NCBI GenBank assembly: GCA_001600695.1
Contig: BCKQ01000001.1
Coordinates: forward strand, 1,482,827-1,510,169
Length of the DNA: 27,343 nucleotides
Reading direction: 5' to 3'
Source of the DNA: Ascoidea asiatica JCM 7603
Lineage: Eukaryota; Fungi; Ascomycota
In this document: in pieces, positions 10,489 through 21,042 of the stretch
Numbering within the stretch: the first letter of the stretch is position 1
Layout: each line of letters begins with the position of its first letter
Notes under the pieces: generated by a model
Database searches by the model: none
Seen by the model: only the letters and a program-made list of their open reading frames with translations
Told to the model about the DNA's origin: nothing
Made by a program: the position numbers and the translations under genes

Positions 10489-11733
10489 GTTATTATTATT
10501 ATTATAATTATTACTAAGAGAATTAGAGCCTATGGGATTTATTTTATTTTTACTTATACTACTATTTATGCTATTATTACTATTGCAATTGATATTAGTA
10601 TTCGTATTCGTATTAGTAGTGTTGAATTTACTCTGAATCGAATTATTTTTTAAATTGATATTTTTCGAGTTATTATTATTTGAATTATTACTTATGCTAT
10701 TATTATTATTATTATTATTATTATTCGAGTTGATAGATGATTTATTTTTATTTTTTTCTGAATTGGCTTTTAGATTTTTAATAATTTCATCAATATCCCC
10801 AATTTTTGGAGAATTGAATTTTGAGTCCATAGGTTTTAGTAAATTTAAAGCTCTGTTTTGATTAAGAGTCGAAGAAAATTTTGCATATGAATTGATTTGC
10901 ATATTCGAGTTTGAATTTGAATTTGAATTTGAAGTTGATGTAGAGTTTGAATTTGAGTTTGATTTTTTTAAAATATTAGTTTCTTTTTGTTTTTGATTTT
11001 GATTTTTTTGAGATTTGTTAAACGAGTTATTTATAGGAAATGGTAAAGTGTCAGTACTTTCAGATTTTATAGAACTTGAGATTGAATTATTATCATTATC
11101 ATTATTGTTAATATTATTATTATTATTATTATTGTTATTATGGTTGTTATTATTATTATTGTTTGTATTGAAATTATTTTGTTTATGGGATGTATTAGTT
11201 GAAGTAGAAAAATTTAATGGAGGAGTAATAGATTTTGATAATAATAATTTTTTATCTAGAAATAAATCTTTTTTAATTGAAAGATTTTGTTTTATTGGTA
11301 ATTTTTGTTTCAAATTTGATGAATTTTTAATTTTACTATTAGTATAGCTTTGATTATTTTCAATAGTGTTATTATCATTCAAATTTATACTTGGTATTGG
11401 AATTGAAGAAGGTAAAATAAATGAGAAAAAAATTTGACAAATTTGGATATTAGTACCATTTAAAAGTGGTACAGTTGTACCAGATTCAATAAATTCATCA
11501 TCTACAAAAGCACCATTTCTACCAATTATTGATAATTCCCATCTTTGATTACCAAAATTATAAAAAATTTTTGCATGTTTTCTTGAAATTACTTTTTTTG
11601 GACCTAAATGAACATCAACAGAATGTGAATTATCATTTTCAATTTTTCTACCTATGATAACTTGTAAAGTTAATAGATAAAAAGTAAAATTTTCAAAATC
11701 TAATCTTGCGTAAGCTTGAACTTTTGAATCCAT
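6574..11733 (-). CDS. FHL1: Forkhead/FHA transcription factor Fhl1 (ribosomal protein gene regulator), 1719 aa
   Basis: N-terminal FHA domain (AYARLDFENFTFY...IIGR...VDVHLGP..ISRKHAKIFYNFG...GRNGAFVDD) and forkhead domain (KPAFSYSNLI...MSLSEIY..I...YPYY...WKSSVRHNLSSNKAF.KVSKEGKGWLWGLD), both Fhl1-type. Confidence 0.93.
8537..8700 (-). repeat. 30-bp coding tandem repeat, ~5.5 units (consensus xSTIKNxLNx) in FHL1
   Basis: ATTGTAGAAT recurs at 8591, 8621, 8651 and 8681, with a degenerate ATAGTAGGAT at 8561. Confidence 0.9.
10442..10512. repeat. (ATT)n microsatellite encoding poly-Asn in FHL1
   Basis: Long near-perfect trinucleotide run; one of many poly-Asn tracts in the window. Confidence 0.9.
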
Positions 11734-12229
11734 AATTGATTAAAATATTTATATTATTATACCCCTTTTTTTAAAAAAAGTTAAGTCCTTTTTAATAAGG
11801 ACTTTCAAAATTGAATATTGTTTAAGAATTTTGCAATAAAAATTTTATGAAATAATATATACTATAATATAATATATATTTAGAAATGAATAATATATAT
11901 TTTAAAATGAAGAATATATATTTAGTATATTCTTTGATTATATCATATATAAACGATTATAGTCATAATCTGATTTGAAGTTTTAAATCTTAAAAAATTT
12001 GATTTCTAATAAGAATAAGATATTGAATAAGGAAATAAGAAGTTATTGATTCTTGACAGTTTAAACAATCTTAAAGTAATTCGAGTTATTTGATATTATT
12101 ATTTGAAAATATTCAATGATTAAAAGTGTAAACAAAAAAAGAATAATAATATTTCAATATTTTTTTTTTAATTATCAATTTCCTAAATCTGGTGTAACGC
12201 TAAAATTATTCTTGTGTAAAATGTTGCAA

Positions 12230-12660
12230 ATTAAGCAGATGGCGTTTTTGCACAGGAAAAGCAAAAAAACAGAGATACCGCAATCCTGGTCACCGCGGAT
12301 CAGCATGGATTTATACGGATAACAAATGGAGACCAAGTTTATGGAAATTTCTGTTCCGCGGCTTTCATTTCAAGAAACGGGTCGCGGGAATGTTTTTGAT
12401 CGCGTGTTTATAAGCATTTAACTGTGGGTCACCTGCAGGAATCTTGTGAGTATACCCCATTTGGGCCACTTATGGCCAATTTGAGCCAGTTTAGATAAAC
12501 TCAGCCTATAAATGGCTAGTGTGGCAGTGCAGAAGTTGCCTGAGAGATTGGAATTGACTCCCTGAAACATTTCCAGAGTTCCTGCCTGGCCTTGAGACAC
12601 TGATAGTACCACTGAGGTACAGCATTGTTACACACTCTAAATTGTGGGAGAACAGGTACT
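12230..12660. promoter_or_regulatory. GC-richer divergent promoter island between FHL1 and the SKT5-like gene
   Basis: Four CGCG cores (~12294, 12357, 12383, 12401; MCB/SCB/Rsc3-like), GGTCAC at 12288 and GGTCACCTG at 12427. Confidence 0.55.
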
Positions 12661-13048
12661 AAAGAAAAAGAATATATGAATTTATTGTCAGATAAAATAT
12701 ATTTTTTATCATTCATTCATTTTCATTCTCTCATTTTTTTCATCGACTAACACTTAAAACGATCAAGTTCTTCATTGGAAAAAGCTCTGGATTAATTCAT
12801 CAATGAGAATATTTATTTCAACTCATTACTTTCTTTCTTTCTTACGGGCTTAACTTTTATAAGACTTCTTCAACTTAAATTAAATCAACTGTATATTTAT
12901 ATTTATATTCTAATATATTCATATTACTTTAAATATTCTTAAAAGTTTTAAACTAAAACTTTTTTATTCAGCCTTTAAATAATTCTCTAAAATATTTATT
13001 TATTTTAAAATTATTTACTATTTAATGATACTGCTCATATAAACGGAA

Positions 13049-16000
13049 ATGGATTATTCACATCTGCAAATTTCAAATCCATATGCTGATTATAGTAATC
13101 ATAATCAAAATAATAGCAACAATCATAATCACAATAATATAGAATATACTAATCAGAATCAACCTAGTAGTTCTTTTCAACAAAATCAGTATAATAATCA
13201 GTATAATAGTGAAAACATTTCATTATATAATTCTGAAAAGTTTCAACCTAATGCATATAACAATAATGAATATAGCCAAGTTAATCAATCTAATGAGCTT
13301 AATGAAAATAACCAATATACTCAACGCAGTCAACAAACACAACAAAGTCAATTGAAAGATTATGATCAATACAATAATCATGATAAACTGAGTTCACTAA
13401 TAAATTCAAAAGATTCTTTGAATTCAGTTTCAAATACCCTGAATCAAATTCTGAAAAAAGAATCACTTCCATATCCTATAGATTCTTTTCCATTATTTAA
13501 TGCAATAGAAAATAGTACTATTAATGATTATAATATCAATAATAATAATGATAATATCAATACCCAACTAGTTTATATAGTAGATGAATCCTTTAATGAT
13601 CCAGAAATCCCAAAAAGATCTTCCCAAAGAAAAAACAGTTCTAAATTAAATTCAAATCCACTTATAAATAATAATAATAACAATTCAGTATCACCTACTT
13701 ATTCTGAATTCACAATCTATAGTAATTCAACTTCAAATACGTCTAATATAAATATGGATTTAGGTAAAAGAGATTATAAAAAAATGAGTATGTTTTCAGA
13801 AAATTCTCTAAATTCTTCAAACAATAATAATACTTTGATAAATAATTTACAAAATTTGAAAATTAATAATCTAAATAATTTGAATAATAATTTAGAAAAT
13901 TCATATTCAAGTCCCCCAAGATCAAAAGTTTTATCTCCTCCTTCAAGATCTAATTATAGAACTCCTCCAAGAAATCATTTTAATGGTAATAATATTAATA
14001 ATAATAATAATAATCCAAGCAATAACTCCCCAGAATCTTTTCAAAGATTGCAGAAACAACAAACAGCTCCTTTGAACTATAATCAGTCACATCCTCAATT
14101 CCAACAACAATATCAATATAATAATATTGATGATACTTTCTCTAACAAACCTCCTCAAATGTTACAATCAATTCCAAGAAAAATAAAATCACAAGAAAAC
14201 TTTCCTTCTAGTTTCAATGATTATAATTTAACTCAAGAAAATTCAAATTCAAATTTACCTCCTAAAAAACCTTCAAAAATTGCATTTTCCCCTTCCAAAC
14301 AGCATAATCATAGAAAACCACCTGAACAATTTCAACCTTTAGATCAATTCATTGACCTTAATCAATTTCAACAACCTCAAAATAATTATTCTGAAACCCC
14401 AATACCTAAATCAAATACGGGTCCAACTTTATCAAATAATCAATCTAATAATCAGTTTAATAGTCTGTATGATAATAAATTATATGATAACCAGTATCTG
14501 ATACCTCCTAGAAAAGATTCACATATAAAAAATCAAGTCTTACAACCTCAATTATCAACTAAACCAGAAACTCAAAACTTTATTGACCCTAATTTTCAAC
14601 CAAATCCAATAGCAAGACAAAATACCGCACCAGCTCCGGAAGAATACCAACATCAATATATTCAACAACAACAACAGGAACAACAAAAATATTTTAATCA
14701 GAATGAAAATTTCAGACTAAAATCAAATCAATTGGAGTTTCAACCAAGAGCTATAACAAAAGCAAAAACTCAAAATCAATTTTCACAGCAATCAAATCCT
14801 TCAAAAAATGATTTCATTCCTAGGCAAATCCCTAAACAATATACTTCACAATCACAAGTTGCCTCACACGAAAATTTGCTTTTGAATAATCATTCAGACA
14901 TTCAGCCCAGAAAAATATCTAGAACCCAAACATCTCAATCTCAATTAAATATACCTTCTTCACACCATGATTTTCACTTGCAACAAAATGTTTCTCTGAA
15001 TCAAACAGCTCAACCACAAATAAATAATAATATAAATAATCAAGTGGAATTTAAACCTCTGAAAATTCCAAGATCTAAAACTGGTCAGCCACAAAATAAT
15101 TTACCAATTTCTAATGATAATTTTCAACCTAGAAAAATTTCGAAAGCTCAAACAAGTTTACCTCAATTACATGTTCCTAATTCTTTAATAAATCATCAAT
15201 CAAATTCAAATAATCATGGTAAAAAAGTTGGAGAAAGACTGGTAACAATGCCAATAGTTTCCACAACTAATAATAATCAAAGCTCATCCATAAAACATAG
15301 AATAACAGAAAATAATGTAAATAATGCTTATAAAAAATTAGGTGAAAGTTCAAAACCATTAGATATTGCACAATTCACAGCATATAAAAAAATGGCAGAA
15401 AAAGATAAAAATTTCAATCCAATAATTCAATTGAGTTATGTTAAAGCATTAATAAACTCAACACAAACACCATCGATTTTAAATTATTTTGATAATAATG
15501 GTATACCATTATCGAAAAAATTAAATGATGATAAAGATATACGTAAAAATAAAGATGAATTTTTAAGAAAAGCATTAAAATTATTGAAAAAATTAGTTAA
15601 TAAAAATGATGCAGAATCAAATTATTATTTAGGAAAATTGTATACAGATGGTATTATACTTGAAAGAAATTATAATAAAGCTTTTGATTATTATTCCAGA
15701 GCTGCAAGACAAGCTCATAATGATTCAATGTATAGAATTGCAGTTTGTTTTGAAATGGGAGTTGGGACTAAATTTGAACCAAATAAAGCATACGAATGGT
15801 TTATTAGAGCAGCAACAGTTGGTGTTCCACCTGCAATTTACAAATTAGCAATGATTCATTTAACTGGGGAATTAGGTCAAAAAAGATCAGCTTCAAAAGC
15901 TATTGAAAATTTAGAAAAAGCTTCAAAATATGCAGATGAACAAAATCCACATGCAATTTATGAATTAGGTAGATTATATGAAGGTATTTATCCAATAACT

Positions 16001-16501
16001 TCACCAATTAATCATTTATCTCCTCTGGACGCCGAATTTATGAAAGAATTTAAAAAAATTATAATTGAAAGTGATGAAAAAAAGGCATTTCAGTTTTATC
16101 TTAGAGCCGCAAAACTAAAATTTGCCCCAGCACAAAGTAAATTAGGCTGGTGTTATGAATATGGGAAACTTGGATGTCCAATGGAAGCTAAAAGATCAAT
16201 AGGATGGTATTCCAGAGCAGCAGCTCAAGGATACGCTTTGGCTTGTATGGCATTATGTGGATGGTATCTTACTGGAGCTCAAGGAGTTCTTGAAACCAAT
16301 GATAAAGAAGCATATCTTTGGGCAAGAAGAGCAGCAGAAAAAGGATTAAGTAAAGCAGAATATGCCTTAGGGCATTTTAGTGAAACTGGATTAGGAACTC
16401 CTAAAAACATGACAGAAGCTCGAAGATGGTACATGCGAGCAGCAGCTCAGAAGCACCCCAAAGCGATGCAACGACTTCAAGAACTACGAAATTACTTTTA
16501 A
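13049..16501 (+). CDS. SKT5: SEL1-repeat chitin synthase regulator (Skt5/Chs4 family), 1150 aa, long N/Q-rich N-terminus, no CaaX box
   Basis: Tandem SEL1 repeats in the C-terminal ~300 aa with family motifs (AQSKLGWCYEYGKLGCP, MALCGWYLTGAQGVL..NDKEAYLWARRAAEKGLSKAEYALGHFSETGLG). Family assignment is secure; orthology to SKT5 itself is not. Confidence 0.8.
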   Translation: MDYSHLQISNPYADYSNHNQNNSNNHNHNNIEYTNQNQPSSSFQQNQYNNQYNSENISLYNSEKFQPNAYNNNEYSQVNQSNELNENNQYTQRSQQTQQSQLKDYDQYNNHDKLSSLINSKDSLNSVSNTLNQILKKESLPYPIDSFPLFNAIENSTINDYNINNNNDNINTQLVYIVDESFNDPEIPKRSSQRKNSSKLNSNPLINNNNNNSVSPTYSEFTIYSNSTSNTSNINMDLGKRDYKKMSMFSENSLNSSNNNNTLINNLQNLKINNLNNLNNNLENSYSSPPRSKVLSPPSRSNYRTPPRNHFNGNNINNNNNNPSNNSPESFQRLQKQQTAPLNYNQSHPQFQQQYQYNNIDDTFSNKPPQMLQSIPRKIKSQENFPSSFNDYNLTQENSNSNLPPKKPSKIAFSPSKQHNHRKPPEQFQPLDQFIDLNQFQQPQNNYSETPIPKSNTGPTLSNNQSNNQFNSLYDNKLYDNQYLIPPRKDSHIKNQVLQPQLSTKPETQNFIDPNFQPNPIARQNTAPAPEEYQHQYIQQQQQEQQKYFNQNENFRLKSNQLEFQPRAITKAKTQNQFSQQSNPSKNDFIPRQIPKQYTSQSQVASHENLLLNNHSDIQPRKISRTQTSQSQLNIPSSHHDFHLQQNVSLNQTAQPQINNNINNQVEFKPLKIPRSKTGQPQNNLPISNDNFQPRKISKAQTSLPQLHVPNSLINHQSNSNNHGKKVGERLVTMPIVSTTNNNQSSSIKHRITENNVNNAYKKLGESSKPLDIAQFTAYKKMAEKDKNFNPIIQLSYVKALINSTQTPSILNYFDNNGIPLSKKLNDDKDIRKNKDEFLRKALKLLKKLVNKNDAESNYYLGKLYTDGIILERNYNKAFDYYSRAARQAHNDSMYRIAVCFEMGVGTKFEPNKAYEWFIRAATVGVPPAIYKLAMIHLTGELGQKRSASKAIENLEKASKYADEQNPHAIYELGRLYEGIYPITSPINHLSPLDAEFMKEFKKIIIESDEKKAFQFYLRAAKLKFAPAQSKLGWCYEYGKLGCPMEAKRSIGWYSRAAAQGYALACMALCGWYLTGAQGVLETNDKEAYLWARRAAEKGLSKAEYALGHFSETGLGTPKNMTEARRWYMRAAAQKHPKAMQRLQELRNYF

Positions 16502-16686
16502 AAACAAACAGAAATTCAATCAAAGAAGCTTTGGGAACATTCCAAACCTTTCAAATACTTATGGACTTTTATAAATTGAAATTCAATAATGAACTAATTT
16601 GTATATTATCACAAAAGCTAATCTTGTAGGTGTATCTAAAATTGAAGAAATCCACACTTCTGGCGTCAAAAATTTTAAACTTAAAC

Positions 16687-16762
16687 TCACGTGCTACATA
16701 AAGGCATGTGACTCAACGGTGGCAATTTCACGTGCCCGTCTTTAGTTGTTGTCACCTGACTC
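16687..16762. promoter_or_regulatory. Cluster of Cbf1-like E-boxes plus Gcn4-like sites, probable PCF11 upstream regulatory region
   Basis: TCACGTG 16687-93, CATGTGAC 16705-12, TGACTCA 16709-15, GGTGGCAA 16718-25 (Rpn4-like), TCACGTG 16728-34, GTCACCTGAC 16751-60. Confidence 0.6.
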
Positions 16763-18213
16763 CGGCGCTGGCGTTTGGTTGGGCTGAGCATGCAAAGTCA
16801 TCGCAGTTTCGTTTCTGTTTCATTTCCCTCTCATTTTTTATTTGTTTTTTCTTTTGTATTTTCAAAGTTTCTTCTTCAGGGTTGAATATCCAATAGTTTT
16901 AATATAAAATATAAATATCCACTGTTGAGTATCTACTAATCTAATCCTTTTTTTTATTCTATTCTTTTATCCATTATCAAGTTTTTATTATATTGTTACT
17001 ATTCATATAAAAGGTCAAGTATTCCATTTTAATAAAAAAAATAAGAAATTCATTTAACAAAAGTCAAGAAAAGAATTTTTAAACTGTATCGTTTATATTC
17101 CAGCTGTTTTATTGTCTTCGCTGGGTGCTTTATAATAAAACAATAGAATATATCAATCTTTTTCTTTAGAGGTAAATTCGATTTTAGAGTTAGTAAATAA
17201 ATATCTAATAAAAATCAAATATACACAAATAAGTATCAATAATTATATAACGTCTTTAGCTTCTTTTTGTCTTAAGCAATTTAAAAGAACCAAAAAGATT
17301 TATTGAACCATTTAGATTCTTAACGTTAATTTACTAGTTCCTTACTATTTGAAAACTCCAAATTACAATTCCAATATCAATATCATACTTTTACTTTAAT
17401 ATATTAACCCTTTATTTTTATTGAAAGTTGCCCCTGTGAATATTTGTTTCACTTTCAATTTCATTCGTATATTAAATTTCTATCCTTGTTTATTGTTTGT
17501 TTTGACTCAATAATATAACTGTTACTTTGTATCTATTGTAAAGTTACTATCTTCAAACAACATAGATTTTAGAATTTAACCTTTCTTTTTTTCTGTCAAT
17601 TTGTTATTTGAGTGAATAATATTTTTTGAATTGTTAATTTTCGGTTTTTAATTATATTCTAAATTAAGCATTTTATCTTCTTCTCTTATTTTTATTTTCA
17701 TTAATTTATCTCAACTATTTTTATTAGTTTCACTACTTTTAACAGTTTAATTCTTGAATCTTTTCAAATTTTATAATTTAATATACAGTTTATTTATAAT
17801 TTTTTTTCATTATAAATAAATTATCAAAGCATATTATCAAAAAAGATCTAAAAGGAATAAAAAAAACAAAAATAAAAAATAAAAAAGGATTATAATCTTT
17901 TATTATATTGTATTATATTATATCATATAATAATTTGCAATAGATTTCATTATTAATAATTTGATAAATACTTTTTTAAAAAACAATATTCATTTAACAA
18001 AAAGTATTAAGCAAAAAAAGAAATATTTCATTAAAAAGAAAAATAATCTTAATTCAATTCAATATATCAATTCATTTGTATAATTAATTCAATACTACTC
18101 ATATAATCATTATATTTTATTCTTTATATTATAAATTATATATATATAATTATACTTAAATTTAAAAATATAAATTTTATCAACTTTGTTTTTTGAGTTC
18201 TAAAACAAATAAA

Positions 18214-20499
18214 ATGTCTTCTGTATCAGAATTGAAATCAATTGGTGAAGATTACTATTCTTCTTTACAAGAATTAACTTTTAATTCTCGTCCAATTATA
18301 ACAAATTTGACTTTGATAGCACAAGAAAATTTAGCTGCTGCTCCATATATTACAAAATCAATTGAAAATCGTATCAAAAATTGTTTACCAGATCAAAAAT
18401 TATTTGCTTTATATTTATTAGATTCAATTTGTAAAAATATTGGTAGTCCATATACTGTATTATTTGGTAAAAATTTATATAATACTTTTTCTGGTACTTA
18501 TTCATTAGTCAATGATACAAATAGAAAAAAATTGATTGATCTATTTAAAACTTGGCTACAAGCAAGAACAACAACTGGTTTAGCTTTATTTCCTCAAGAT
18601 CAATTACAAAAAATTGAAGGTTTCTTATTAAAAGTTGCTCCAAAACAACCACGAATTCCAAGTCCTCCAATTAATAATCAAAATAAACTCAAAAATTCAA
18701 AACATTTTAGAGCATCTTCTTCTGGTTTAAGATCTCCAATTAGAAATTCTCCAATTAGAAATTTTCAAAATTTATCAACTAATCAATCGAATTATCAATC
18801 TCCATCTTCATCTCAAAATTCAACTCCAATACCAATACCAATTTCAATCCCAATCCCAAATTCTTTTAAACCAATATTCAGCGCTTCTAATTCCCAACCA
18901 ACAAATCAAACTTTGATTTCTGATATTGATAGTTTAATGACTTTAACTCAATCAAAACTCAAAATAAATCCAAATGATCAGAAAGCTAAAGAAAGATTAG
19001 CAATTCTTATGACTCTTAAAAATGTTTTAAGTACTCAAGTTATGAGCGCTAGTGATTTATTGAAAATTAAAAATCAATTACAAGGAATGATAGAAAAAGA
19101 AAAATTAATAATGAAAGCTGCTCAAGAACAACAATTAAAACAACAACAACAGCAATTACAACTACAACAGTTTCAAAATGCATATTCCAACCCTAATGCC
19201 TTTGCTCAAAATGGTGCTGATCAATTCCAACAACAGATTGGAAAAGTTGCTTCTAACTTTAACGGATTATTAAATAATACTAATAATAATAGTAATATTA
19301 GTAATAATAATCTTACTAATACTATAAGTAGTATTCAAGATTTGCTTCAACAACAAAGAGGTACAAATTTGAATCTTAATAGTAAAAACAATGATTATAA
19401 TAATAACAATAATAATTTCGTACAACAACCAACAAATAATTATAATAACAGTTATAACAATATGTATAACCAAAACAATAACACAAATTATAGTAATAAT
19501 GTAGTTAAGACAACCCCTAATCTTAGTAGCTTGTTTCAATCTTTACAGCAAAATGGTTTGATAACATCAAACAAGCAACCTGTTAAACCCATTATTAATT
19601 TACCTCCAGCTTCTGCCTTACAAAATTTACTTTCAAATATTTCTTTAACAAGTAATAAAGGTAATGATAATCGTAATTCTTCTGTTGTTCCTTCATCAAC
19701 TTATAAAAATGATTTCAAAATATTCTTTGAAATGAATATACATGATCAAGATTTCTTTCCAATTAATCAATCAACTTTGAATGATACAAAATATTATAAC
19801 GTTTTTCAAAAATTTCTTTATGATTTTAAAACAAATAAATGTGCAAATTGTGGTAAACGATTTAAAGATAATGATAAAGCCAAGAGTAGTCATTTAGACT
19901 GGCATTTCAGAGTAAATAAAAAATTAAAAGAAGCTAATTTAGTTCAATCAAGAAATTGGTATCTTGATGATATTGATTGGGTTAAATTTGATGATAGAGA
20001 TATTTTAGGTGATTTACCTGAAGAAGAAAGGACTTTACAGCAAAACAAAACACAAAGTCAGACTAAAGAAAATGAGAAAACAAAAAGTGAAGCTAAAAAG
20101 CAAGATCATTATGTTGTTGTTCCAAGCGATGCCAGTGATATGACCACAAGATGTGTTGTTTGCAAAGAAGATATGAAAGGTGTTTGGAGTGATAAAGTAG
20201 GAGATTGGATTTGGAATAACTGTATAAAAGTTGGTCCTAAAGTATATCATTACACTTGTTATGAAGAAACACTGCCAGTTCCTATTCCAATTTCTGCTCC
20301 AATTTCTGAACAAAATCAACCTAAGTCTAGAGACCCCAGAAGGAAAAGAAAATTTGCTGAGACCAATACTGAAGATTCTAATAATCCTCTAGGTGGGAAA
20401 ACTTATAATTCTTTAAACTTGAGTACAAGTATTTTAAAATCGTTAGCTAATATAAAAGTAGAAGAAGGTCCAACTGTTAAAAGAGAAAGGGTTGTGTAG
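18214..20499 (+). CDS. PCF11: mRNA 3'-end processing/termination factor Pcf11
   Basis: CID domain (LQELTFNSRPIITNLT..A.EN...KLFALYLLDSICKNIGSPY), zinc finger C..CGKRF...HLDWHFRVNK, SRNWYL (Clp1-binding), second zinc finger C.VCKE...W.W.N......YH.TC. First ATG is 18214; the track start 18193 is a TTG. Confidence 0.95.
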   Translation: MSSVSELKSIGEDYYSSLQELTFNSRPIITNLTLIAQENLAAAPYITKSIENRIKNCLPDQKLFALYLLDSICKNIGSPYTVLFGKNLYNTFSGTYSLVNDTNRKKLIDLFKTWLQARTTTGLALFPQDQLQKIEGFLLKVAPKQPRIPSPPINNQNKLKNSKHFRASSSGLRSPIRNSPIRNFQNLSTNQSNYQSPSSSQNSTPIPIPISIPIPNSFKPIFSASNSQPTNQTLISDIDSLMTLTQSKLKINPNDQKAKERLAILMTLKNVLSTQVMSASDLLKIKNQLQGMIEKEKLIMKAAQEQQLKQQQQQLQLQQFQNAYSNPNAFAQNGADQFQQQIGKVASNFNGLLNNTNNNSNISNNNLTNTISSIQDLLQQQRGTNLNLNSKNNDYNNNNNNFVQQPTNNYNNSYNNMYNQNNNTNYSNNVVKTTPNLSSLFQSLQQNGLITSNKQPVKPIINLPPASALQNLLSNISLTSNKGNDNRNSSVVPSSTYKNDFKIFFEMNIHDQDFFPINQSTLNDTKYYNVFQKFLYDFKTNKCANCGKRFKDNDKAKSSHLDWHFRVNKKLKEANLVQSRNWYLDDIDWVKFDDRDILGDLPEEERTLQQNKTQSQTKENEKTKSEAKKQDHYVVVPSDASDMTTRCVVCKEDMKGVWSDKVGDWIWNNCIKVGPKVYHYTCYEETLPVPIPISAPISEQNQPKSRDPRRKRKFAETNTEDSNNPLGGKTYNSLNLSTSILKSLANIKVEEGPTVKRERVV

Positions 20500-21042
20500 T
20501 TTAGTTTTTTTGGTGTGTATAAAGGATTACAATTTTTGTTTCGTTTTGTTTTATTTTAAATTTTATTTCATTTTTTTTATTTTCGTTATTTTACTCATTT
20601 GCATGAACAATTATAATTTATAATATATATTTCAAAATAAAATTCATTTGATTTTACTTTAATATTAATCGATTAAGACTCAGTTTGAATAGAATTCGTA
20701 AAAAAATCGTTCATTAAAGAAATTATTAAAACATTTGTATATTAATTAGTCAACTATATAGAAACACGAATAAATTTCAAAAAAAAGTAGGAGTAAAGAT
20801 CACAAAATGTGATATCAATAAAATGCAAAAGCCCAACTAAGGAGCAAAAGGTTGACTATAAAAAAAACATAGATTATGAACCAGCAATAAAAAGCAACGT
20901 AGGGTATTATAAAACGAGATATATGCAATAAAGAGAAGTGATAAGAAAGAAGGTTGAATATAGAGATATATTTACCTCATTAGATTATTATGGAGAAAAT
21001 TAAGCCAGAAAAATTGAAACAAAAAAAATAAAAAATTATGAA

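Noticed and set aside
7577-11347. Plus-strand ORFs of 64-246 aa within FHL1, and similar ORFs antisense to PCL, ATG27, PCF11 and MEH1
   Set aside because: Antisense shadows of real CDSs; the poly-Leu/Ile/Tyr runs are complements of poly-Asn codons.
11765-11803. Palindrome CTTTTTTTAAAAAAAG and AAGTCCTT/AAGGACTT hairpin just upstream of the FHL1 ATG
   Set aside because: Weak A/T-rich stems, expected by chance at this base composition.
12116-12716. Short ORFs in promoter islands (12116, 12418, 12516, also 16426, 16708, 24111, 26014)
   Set aside because: Under 80 aa, several with non-ATG starts, no recognisable domains; explained by locally higher GC.
16705-16900. Point centromere (CDEI CATGTGAC)
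   Set aside because: No ~80-bp >90% AT CDEII followed by a CDEIII CCG motif in the required arrangement; the site sits in a GC-rich promoter cluster.
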